DNA of 64,000 nt from an uncultured Spirochaetota bacterium (lineage in GTDB: Bacteria > Spirochaetota > Spirochaetia > SZUA-6 > Fen-1364): NCBI GenBank assembly GCA_963734545.1, contig CAVTHO010000008.1:96001-160000 (forward strand). Direction: 5' to 3'. Positions within the stretch are counted from its first letter, which is position 1. Each line of letters starts with the position of its first letter. Below are positions 9,160 through 17,119 of the stretch, piece after piece. Position numbers and translations under genes: made by a program. A model generated the notes under the pieces. That model made no database searches and was not told the origin of the DNA. It saw only the letters and a program-made list of their open reading frames with translations.

Positions 9160-10134
9160 ATGGCGATTGTCATAATCCGCTCTCCCGCCCACAAACCGTG
9201 GAGGAGCAGGGGGACGTATCGGTTGATCGAGGCCGGCCTGAGGCGAAGGTGGGAGAATGTATACTCGATTCGTGCCGCCGACGAAGTGGAGTTGAACGCC
9301 CGCCTGCAGCCCGGCGGTTCCGCTCCTCCTCCTTTCGTTTTCAACATCGCTGAGTACCTTGACGAAAGACACACGCATGGATTCATTCCCGGCCTGCTCG
9401 ATTCATGGGGTATCCCGCATCTCGGCTCATCCGCGGCCTCTGTTTCCAGGTGTCTTGACTGGGGACTGGCCAGGGAACTTCTCTTGCAAAAGGGCTTGCC
9501 GACGCCTCGCTCTTTCGTCACGAAGCCGCCCGATCCGCAGATGCATGCACATGCCGAATCCATAGGATACCCCCTCCTGGTCAAACCCCTGCGGAAGGTC
9601 GGACGAGCGGGGGTCGGCAAAGCCATTCTTGCGCACGACCCCGAAACCCTGAAAGAAGCAGTTCGGCGGCTGTCCCGCACATATCTTCGACCGCTTCTGG
9701 TTGAAGAGTACATCGACGGAGAACACATCCGTGAGTTCAAGGTTGGAGTTGTCGGGAACACGAGGCGCATGCATCTTCCGATCGAGATCGATTGGGCGCG
9801 TATGAGCATGAATGCGCGGATATCAGGCATTGATGCGATGAGGATAGACCCCGAGATCATGAAACCGGTACTGGAATCGGGAACCGCTGCAGCCCTCCAC
9901 GACCTCGCGGACCGAACATTCGACGCGCTGGAGGCATCGGATCTCGCGCGAGTCGACATCCGGGCCAGAGGCGATCAACCGTTCGTACTCGGCATCAATG
10001 TGCTGCCAGGTCTGGGTCCGAGCAGCGTTCTGCCGCTGGCCGCATGGAGACTTTACGGACTGGATCATGGCGATTTCATTCGACTGCTCGCAAAGGAGTC
10101 AATCATGCGCCAGGGTTTGCTCGCTATTGCGTGA
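9160..10134 (+). CDS. D-Ala-D-Ala ligase-like ATP-grasp protein (degenerate active site)
   Basis: FNIAE, YPLLVKP, LVEEYIDG, ARVDIR and INVLPGL motifs. Confidence 0.75.
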   Translation: MAIVIIRSPAHKPWRSRGTYRLIEAGLRRRWENVYSIRAADEVELNARLQPGGSAPPPFVFNIAEYLDERHTHGFIPGLLDSWGIPHLGSSAASVSRCLDWGLARELLLQKGLPTPRSFVTKPPDPQMHAHAESIGYPLLVKPLRKVGRAGVGKAILAHDPETLKEAVRRLSRTYLRPLLVEEYIDGEHIREFKVGVVGNTRRMHLPIEIDWARMSMNARISGIDAMRIDPEIMKPVLESGTAAALHDLADRTFDALEASDLARVDIRARGDQPFVLGINVLPGLGPSSVLPLAAWRLYGLDHGDFIRLLAKESIMRQGLLAIA

Positions 10135-10216
10135 GGATGCGTCCCGGAGCCATCCTCCTGAGCGTCAAGCTGTTGTCTCTCCATCTCGGCCCAGCCGAAT
10201 ACACGCGGGGACAGCG

Positions 10217-11371
10217 TCAGTACCGGAAGAGTGCGGCACACCCTGAACCGCCCGGGACTTCCCCCGGGCTCACCACGAAGACGGTCCCCCCATTCTTCAG
10301 AGTGTGCACGGCGGCCAGGTCCAGGAGGTCCTCTCCCTCCTCTTCATTGGTACCGGTGAGGGTGACCAGGCCCGTCGAGCGGTCAAAGCGTCCCCACTCG
10401 CTGCGGCCGTCCGCAAGGAACAGCGTCTCCACTCTCTTGTAGACTGCAGCGGGGACGATCTCCTGGATGGCAGGTGAAGCCTTGCCCGTCGCCGAGAGCA
10501 TACGGAATGACTCCGCTTTCTGCGCCTCGATTGCCTTGAAAGATGGCTCCACCACTTTCCATGCCGCCGCGTGCAGCTCCTGCGCGCTCAATTCCTCCGC
10601 GTTCGCATCCACCCATTTATCCATGAGGGCGGAAAGAGAGCTGACTCCCCGGTAGATCGGACAGAGATACTCCAGACCGATCGACACGAGTGGCGCCCGT
10701 TCCTCGCGCAGGAACCGGCTCACCGCTCTGTCGACCCGCCGATAATACCGTGCGATTTCCTCCTTCTCCCGCTCCTTCCCTTCCCCCTGTCCGTGGAATA
10801 CCCCCGGATAGGGCCCTCCCGCAGGGCGTGTCCCTGCGATGGTATGCAGTTGGAGCCGCCCATGGGTTCGCCCACGGCCGGGCGCCATGTCCGCGGCGGC
10901 CGGCAGCCGCGGCAGGGCCTCGATGACGCTGTAACGGGTCCCGAGGTAGAGCCGCGCGCTTCCGCTGCCGAGCGCCAGCGCATAGAACCTCCCGTTGCCG
11001 CTGAAGAGGGAGAACAGGGGCTTCAAGTGGAGACGCCTTCCAAGCACGACGTTCTCCTCAAATGTGACAGGCACGCAAAAGCTGAAATATCTGCGGGGAG
11101 TACGAAACAGCGCCAGTCCCCCCATCTGATGCTCCCAGAATTGCTTGTCTGTCTGGAGGCGTGCCAGAGGGGAAAGCAGGTCGGCCACTTCACGGTCCTT
11201 GAATCTCCGCCCGTGCAGCAGCTCCGTCGCCCTTGCAAGCATGTTCTTGAAGCGGATCGAGTTCTGCTGGACTTCCGGACCGGAGCGGAAGGCAGGCAGA
11301 TAGAGAGAAAGGCATACGGTGTCCTGTATCCGGGAGAGTGCCTCGACGTCGCGATTGGAAATCACCTCCAT
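10217..11371 (-). CDS. baeRF3/baeRF7-type aeRF1 homolog (Balon-like)
   Basis: CLSLYLP, IRFKN, GLALF, LKPL, FHGQG, RVETLF, DLLDLAAVHTLKNGGTV and AALFRY motifs; no GGQ. Confidence 0.8.
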   Translation of the reverse strand: MEVISNRDVEALSRIQDTVCLSLYLPAFRSGPEVQQNSIRFKNMLARATELLHGRRFKDREVADLLSPLARLQTDKQFWEHQMGGLALFRTPRRYFSFCVPVTFEENVVLGRRLHLKPLFSLFSGNGRFYALALGSGSARLYLGTRYSVIEALPRLPAAADMAPGRGRTHGRLQLHTIAGTRPAGGPYPGVFHGQGEGKEREKEEIARYYRRVDRAVSRFLREERAPLVSIGLEYLCPIYRGVSSLSALMDKWVDANAEELSAQELHAAAWKVVEPSFKAIEAQKAESFRMLSATGKASPAIQEIVPAAVYKRVETLFLADGRSEWGRFDRSTGLVTLTGTNEEEGEDLLDLAAVHTLKNGGTVFVVSPGEVPGGSGCAALFRY

Positions 11372-11477
11372 GCCCGCCTCCTTCGTGAGAAAGTCACGGG
11401 CCGGGGATTGGTCCCCCGCCCCGTGACAGGGTGAGGCTGACTCGGCGCCCCGGGTATCCCAAATCACCTCGATTTCC

Positions 11478-11495
11478 TGTCGAATTTTTTCTACA
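11478..11495. promoter_or_regulatory. Near-perfect 18-bp palindrome between divergent genes
   Basis: TGTCGAA-TTTT-TTCTACA; TACCTT at 11539-11544 on the + side. Confidence 0.65.
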
Positions 11496-11565
11496 TCGGT
11501 GGATGAAAGTAGGTATGGCTTCTCACCATCATAGAACGTACCTTGTCCATGGAGGAAAGACGGAA

Positions 11566-11935
11566 ATGCGAAAGCCACGCCATTTCCTCGCGTCGGCGAT
11601 CTCCCGGCTGCCAGGCGTGAGGACAATTGCCTTGATCGGCAAAAGCGGCACAGGAAAAAGCTTTCGCGCGCGGATCATAGCTGAAAAATAGGGAATAGAA
11701 CTGATTGTCGACGACGGCCTTCTCATCATGGGCGGCAGCAACGAGGGACGAGCTGATGACTGCGTTACGACATCGACGCAGGCATCGGCACGCCATACCC
11801 ATGCCGGCGGTTCATATCAGGCTTCCGTTTCTCTCCTCGATCCTGGAGAAATTCTCGGGACTGTTGTTCGATGAGATCATGCTCACGGTCGAAAACATAG
11901 GCCCCGCCGGAGGGCCTGAGCTCGACCGAGGCTGA
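11566..11935 (+). pseudogene. P-loop ATP-binding protein remnant (premature stop and internal deletions)
   Basis: LIGKSGTGKSFRARIIAEK*GIELIVDDGLLI, then ATRDELMTALRHRR..HAIPMPAV and EKFSGLLFDEIMLTVE in another frame. Confidence 0.65.
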
Positions 11936-12021
11936 CCATGGCGGCACACATGGATTCCCTTGCTTCGAGGGGACCAAGACGCTATCATTCCCGAACTCGT
12001 TCGCAAGGAGCCGACGTCAGG

Positions 12022-13245
12022 ATGCGATTTTCGCTGCCCACATTCACGCGCGCCATCATCTCCTCGGCCGGCAGGCTCTTCCAACCGCGGCCCAGGACGG
12101 GATCCGCAAAAGCATCGCGGGCGGAGACTGGTCCATACGTGAGTCGAATCGTGTCCGACGCGATGCTTCTGAACGAAATTCCGTCTCCGACGGAACACGA
12201 AGCGGCGCGGACCGAGTACATCCTCCAGAGACTAGGCGAGTTCGGCTATCCGAATTGCTCGCTTGACGAGTTCGGCAACGTCACTGCCATCGTCCCCGCG
12301 CGCGAAAACATCGATGAGCACGTCCTCCTGTTCGCGGACATCCGGTGTGAAGACTACTCACCCATTGACAGCATGACCCGCCTGGAGCCCGACCGCGTAG
12401 TCGGACAAGGCATCGCGGAAAGCGCCATCGGCGCCGCCGGACTCATGGTGCTTGCCGAGTATCTTGCTCGAAACGAAATTCAGTACAATCGGCCCGTGAT
12501 TTTCCTGTTCACTTCCTTCGACCCGGGAGAGCGCGAAACGCAGCCCCTCGAGCTCTTCATGCAGAGTTGGAAGGAGCGTGTCCGTTTTGCGGGTCACGTC
12601 CGGGGTCTGGACCTCGGACGCATTGAGGACAGCCCGCTGGGTACGTGCAAGCTGTCCATCGAGATCCGCACAGAGCAGCGGGAGGTATTCGGAGCGGAAC
12701 GCGCGATATCCGCCATCAGGGTGATCTCAACTATTGCGAGCAGGCTCGGAAGCATCCACTGGGACAGCGCGAACGACACGTTCCTCAACATTGCACGCGT
12801 CGAGGCGGGAGTTGGTTTTGGGTGGCACGCTTCGGAAGGCGTCCTGGAGCTGGAAGTGTTCTCACCGAGCGCCGGCGCGCTGGACATGGCAAGGAAGGCG
12901 GTGGAGGCGACGATCCGCGGCGGCGCGGAAGAATTGGGCGCTTCCGTGGACATCGCTGTCAAGGCCTTCCTCCCTGCCGGCAACCCGCAGATCAACGCGG
13001 AGCTGAACACGATCGTGAGGGGCGTGCACGAGCGGCTCCGCGTCAAATCCGTTCCCGTCTCTCTGCCAGGGTACGCCTCATTCCTCAACTCCCTCGGCAT
13101 CCCCGCGGTGACGCTCGGTATGACCACCGGCAGGAAGACACTAGCGGAGGAATACATCGAGATCCGACCCCTGGAGACGGGGTTTCGTCAGCTGCTGGCA
13201 TTCCTGGACGACTGCGCCGGATGGACCGAGGACGCGCATCGGTGA
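12022..13245 (+). CDS. M20/M25/M40 metallopeptidase-like protein lacking the metal ligands
   Basis: EIPSPT.HE..R, DEFGNV, dimerisation domain, GIPAVTLG; stop overlaps the gpgS start. Confidence 0.7.
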   Translation: MRFSLPTFTRAIISSAGRLFQPRPRTGSAKASRAETGPYVSRIVSDAMLLNEIPSPTEHEAARTEYILQRLGEFGYPNCSLDEFGNVTAIVPARENIDEHVLLFADIRCEDYSPIDSMTRLEPDRVVGQGIAESAIGAAGLMVLAEYLARNEIQYNRPVIFLFTSFDPGERETQPLELFMQSWKERVRFAGHVRGLDLGRIEDSPLGTCKLSIEIRTEQREVFGAERAISAIRVISTIASRLGSIHWDSANDTFLNIARVEAGVGFGWHASEGVLELEVFSPSAGALDMARKAVEATIRGGAEELGASVDIAVKAFLPAGNPQINAELNTIVRGVHERLRVKSVPVSLPGYASFLNSLGIPAVTLGMTTGRKTLAEEYIEIRPLETGFRQLLAFLDDCAGWTEDAHR

Positions 13246-14222
13246 AAGGAGAGAGTGCCATCCTGCGTGCCACGTTCCATCACGAGGACTTCAAGGACAA
13301 GGCGGAGCTCGTGAGGCAGAAATTGAGCCAGGGTCTGAAGATCTCTCTCGCGTTCCCCACTCTGAACGAAGAGGCGACCATCGGCAAGGAGGTCCTGGTA
13401 TTCAAGACCGAGCTGATGGACCGATTCCCGCTCCTGGACGAGATCGTCGTTATTGATTCGGGCTCCTCGGACGGAACGCGCGATGCGGCGACGTCCAACG
13501 GGGCACGGGTGTTCTCCTCGCGCGACATCCTGAAGAGTCACGGCACGTTCCGCGGCAAGGGGGAGAACCTCTGGAAAAGCCTGTACGTCCTCGAAGGCGA
13601 CATCATTGTCTGGATCGACGCGGACATCAGCAACATTTCTCCCAAGTTCGTCTACGGTCTGCTGGGTCCCCTTCTGCGGGATCCGCGCATCAGCTATGTG
13701 AAAGCATTCTACGAGCGGCCTTTCCGCTCCTCGGGCGAGCTTCTTCCCGTGGGGGGAGGCCGGGTCACTGAAATCCTCGTGCGCCCGCTTTTCTCCCTCT
13801 TCTATCCTGAACTGGCGGGCCTCGTTCAGCCCCTCAGCGGAGAGTACGCCGGCCGCAGGTCCCTGCTGGAGCAGCTGCCCTTTTCCGTAGGATACGGAGT
13901 GGAGCTGGGTCATCTTCTCGATATCTACCATGGCGCGGGGATCCAGGCCATCGCCCAGGTCAACATGGATCGGCGGGTCCATCGAAACCAATCGCTGCAG
14001 TCCCTCGGGAAGATGTCGTTCGGGATCCTTCAGACCTTCCTCGGCAGGCTCGGAAAGTACGGGGATGGGCGGCTGCCGGTGGACATCGGCAGTCGCTACC
14101 TCTCCGTGTCATTCACCGACGCGCAGCCGCGTATGGATCAGGTCGAAGTTTCCTCCGAGGAGAGGCCGCCGATGATTGAAGTGGATGAATACAGGAAGAA
14201 GTTCCATCCCGCTCCTTCATAG
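13242..14222 (+). CDS. gpgS: Glucosyl-3-phosphoglycerate synthase (GT81)
   Basis: PTLNEEATIG, DSGSSD, GKGENLWKS, WIDAD, GGRVTE, QPLSGEYAGRR and GYGVE motifs; GTG start at 13242. Confidence 0.9.
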   Translation: MKGESAILRATFHHEDFKDKAELVRQKLSQGLKISLAFPTLNEEATIGKEVLVFKTELMDRFPLLDEIVVIDSGSSDGTRDAATSNGARVFSSRDILKSHGTFRGKGENLWKSLYVLEGDIIVWIDADISNISPKFVYGLLGPLLRDPRISYVKAFYERPFRSSGELLPVGGGRVTEILVRPLFSLFYPELAGLVQPLSGEYAGRRSLLEQLPFSVGYGVELGHLLDIYHGAGIQAIAQVNMDRRVHRNQSLQSLGKMSFGILQTFLGRLGKYGDGRLPVDIGSRYLSVSFTDAQPRMDQVEVSSEERPPMIEVDEYRKKFHPAPS

Positions 14223-14290
14223 GTAGTATAAATTCGACAGAAGAATCGTTGAATTGCTGACTCCTCGTCGCATCCGGCAGCGGCTATTCT
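14222..14290 (+). promoter_or_regulatory. Regulon promoter upstream of the asnB operon
   Basis: GGTAGTA-TAAA-TTCGACA at 14222-14239; TGACT at 14258-14262; TATTCT at 14285-14290. Confidence 0.6.
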
Positions 14291-14453
14291 TTCCTCAACT
14301 GTACAGCGAAGCAAGGCCCGCAGAAAGCACGTTCCGGGTCGAAGGATTGTCCTTGCCCAAGAGTGAATGAGCGACTTCATCCGCCAATCCCATTGTCTTT
14401 GGCTGCACCGCAGCCGAGGATCGCGCTATTCCACCCAGAAAGGAGCTCTGCGA

Positions 14454-16016
14454 ATGTGTGGTGTTGTGGCAATGCAGGGCCAGACCGACAAGCAACAGGT
14501 ACATGAAATGATGGCCCGGATCAAGCACCGGGGGCCAGACGGAGAGGGTCTCCTGGAGATCGGCCAGTCCCTGTTGGGACATGTGCGGCTGGCAATCCTG
14601 GATCTATCAGGCGGCGCGCAACCGATGACCAACGAGACCGGCGACCTGGCTGTCTCGTTCAATGGTGAGATATACAACCACCTCGATCTCCGCCGTGGTC
14701 TGCAAGATCGACATGTTTTCCGCACCCGTTCCGACACCGAGGTTCTCCTTCATCTCTACGAGGACGTCGGTGAGGACATGCTGGATCGCCTTGACGGCAT
14801 GTTTGCCATTGCCGTGGCGGGGAGGCATGGCCTTCTCCTGGCGAGAGACCCTCTTGGAATCAAGCCCCTGTACATCGGAAGGAGAGCCGGCTCATTCTAC
14901 GCCGCAAGCGAACTGAAGGCCTTCCCAGCGGTAGACACCATCGAGATGCTGCCGGCAGGTCATGCCGTCCTGGCAGGCGGCACGCCTTGGCGATTTGCCC
15001 GTCCGTTTCCTCCCCAGACGTTTCTGAGGTCCCCGACTCTGGAAGAGATACTCGCCGAAATCCGTCTTCGACTGGAGAAAGCCGTCCAGAAGCGTCTCAT
15101 GAGCGACGTGCCTGTAGGGGTCTACCTTTCCGGCGGACTCGATAGCAGCCTCGTAGCGGCATTGATGCGGCCGCACACGGTCACGTTGCATTCGTTCACC
15201 GCCGGCATGGCGGGTGCTCCCGACCTCGACGCCGCGCGGCAGGTCGCGCACTACTTGCACACGGAACATCATGAGTTGGTGTACGCCTCCGAGGACGTGC
15301 GTCGAGTGCTTCCAGAAGTGATTCGGCAAATGGAATCGTTTGATGCGCCGCTGGTGCGGTCGGCTGTCCCGATGTACTTCATCTCCAAGTTGGCCGCCGA
15401 GCACGTCAAAGTCGTGCTTTCCGGCGAAGGCGCGGATGAGCTTTTCGCGGGCTACAGCTACCTCTCCCGCATCGGGGGCCGGGCCAGACTGAAGAAAGAG
15501 CTGGCAGACATCACGCTTCGACTCCAGGACACGAATCTCCAGCGCGCCGACCGCATGAGCATGGCACACGGTCTGGAAGCCCGGGTGCCCTTCCTCGACA
15601 TGAACTTGGTTCGCTACACGAGCCGTCTCCCTGCCGAATGGATCGAACCCCGGCCGGACCGTCCGGAGAAATGGATACTGCGCGAGGCCTGCAAGGGCCT
15701 CCTGCCGGATGAGATCATCAATCGCAGGAAGATGAAGTTTTCGGAGGGCGCGGGATCATCCGAGGTGGTGGCAGAAATCGCCCGCGGCTCAATCGGAACC
15801 AAGCAGTTTGAACGCGAGAAGCAGATTGCCAAGGACATTGTGTTGAGATCGCCGGAGGAATTGTACTACTACCGCATCTGGAGGGATGTCATGGCAGCGC
15901 ACATAACGCCGAGCATGGTGGGGCGAACGTTGGACAGGTCCGCGGCGGCAGGTGAAGCCGCCCTCGACAATACCGATGAGGACATGAAGGAGCACAGACG
16001 GCGATGGCAGGACTGA
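14454..16016 (+). CDS. asnB: Asparagine synthase (glutamine-hydrolysing) family amidotransferase
   Basis: MCG start, HRGPD, NGEIYN, SDTE, LSGGLDSS, SGEGADELFAGY and RVPFLD motifs. Confidence 0.9.
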   Translation: MCGVVAMQGQTDKQQVHEMMARIKHRGPDGEGLLEIGQSLLGHVRLAILDLSGGAQPMTNETGDLAVSFNGEIYNHLDLRRGLQDRHVFRTRSDTEVLLHLYEDVGEDMLDRLDGMFAIAVAGRHGLLLARDPLGIKPLYIGRRAGSFYAASELKAFPAVDTIEMLPAGHAVLAGGTPWRFARPFPPQTFLRSPTLEEILAEIRLRLEKAVQKRLMSDVPVGVYLSGGLDSSLVAALMRPHTVTLHSFTAGMAGAPDLDAARQVAHYLHTEHHELVYASEDVRRVLPEVIRQMESFDAPLVRSAVPMYFISKLAAEHVKVVLSGEGADELFAGYSYLSRIGGRARLKKELADITLRLQDTNLQRADRMSMAHGLEARVPFLDMNLVRYTSRLPAEWIEPRPDRPEKWILREACKGLLPDEIINRRKMKFSEGAGSSEVVAEIARGSIGTKQFEREKQIAKDIVLRSPEELYYYRIWRDVMAAHITPSMVGRTLDRSAAAGEAALDNTDEDMKEHRRRWQD

Positions 16017-17002
16017 GGATCGGCTTGCTGCAAAAAAAACGCGGAAACTACGCGCTCCAGGAGAAATATGCCGGTCAAAGCGGGGTCGTCGACAACACAA
16101 CGGCCGAGGTTGAACATCACAGACAAGCGCTGACCGACGCCGGCTATCGGCCTCACATCATCCATTGGGGACCCGATTTCGCCCGCGAGATTCGGGGTGT
16201 ACCGGTTGACCTTGTCTTCAATGTTTCCAGCCTCGTCGAGGCCGCGATGCTTGAGGAAATGGAAATTCCTTACGTCGGATCCGACACCCCCGCAATCGCC
16301 GTTACGTTGAATAAGTCGCTGGCAAAAAGGCTCTGGCAGAAAGAAGGGATACCGACGTCACCTTTTCGCGTGGCCGGGTCGGCAAAGGACTGTGAGATTT
16401 TTCGGAAGAATCCGCCATTCGAATATCCGCTTTTTATCAAACCAACGGCCGGCCGAGGAAGCGCGGGAATCGACCCAACATCGATCGTCCATGATTACGA
16501 TCAGTTGGTCAGCGGAGTCGTACGACGACTGGAAGCCATCAAGCAGCCGGTTCTCATAGAAAAACTGCTGGTGGGAAAAGAAGTCACCCTGGGGGTTGTT
16601 GGAAATCTTGAGGCGCGGGTCCTGCCCCCGCTCGAGATTGCATATCGAAAAGGAGATGTCACGCTGACTTTTGAAAAAAAAGAATTGGACGACGATTCAT
16701 TTTTCTGTCCCGCGCGATTGACCTCTGAAGAGTGGCGTTTGATGCAGACCCTGACGCTTCAAGCCTATCACGCTTTGGGCATGAAGGACTTCGGCAGAAT
16801 AGATACGATATTGACCAACGAAGGGCCTTTCCTGCTGGAGGGCAATGCCTTCGCAGGATTGATGTGCACGCCAAAAGAGAAGCCTCGCAGTTACATGGGC
16901 TTTATGGCTCGTGCGGACGGGATGGACAGAAAGGATCTGCTCCATGAGATCATCCAGGGTGCCGTCAGGAGATTGAGCGCAGCCTCCAGGGGTGCGGTTT
17001 AG
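16004..17002 (+). CDS. D-Ala-D-Ala ligase-like ATP-grasp enzyme
   Basis: IPYVGS, NKSLAK, FIKP..GRGSAGI, GRID and LLEGN motifs; overlaps the asnB end. Confidence 0.85.
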   Translation: MAGLRIGLLQKKRGNYALQEKYAGQSGVVDNTTAEVEHHRQALTDAGYRPHIIHWGPDFAREIRGVPVDLVFNVSSLVEAAMLEEMEIPYVGSDTPAIAVTLNKSLAKRLWQKEGIPTSPFRVAGSAKDCEIFRKNPPFEYPLFIKPTAGRGSAGIDPTSIVHDYDQLVSGVVRRLEAIKQPVLIEKLLVGKEVTLGVVGNLEARVLPPLEIAYRKGDVTLTFEKKELDDDSFFCPARLTSEEWRLMQTLTLQAYHALGMKDFGRIDTILTNEGPFLLEGNAFAGLMCTPKEKPRSYMGFMARADGMDRKDLLHEIIQGAVRRLSAASRGAV

Positions 17003-17119
17003 CATGGGCTATTGCGCGAAGGCTCCTTGCGCTCGCCAGGGAATTACGCACATGATGTGGCAACGGAGCGCAGAGACCCGGAAGGAACCAGGGGAGTCAG
17101 GCAGAAGGAGGGGCGGGAA

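Noticed and set aside
11689-11691. Pyrrolysine read-through of TAG
   Set aside because: The gene also has deletions and a frameshift, there are no pyl genes, and a single change from a Tyr codon explains the TAG.
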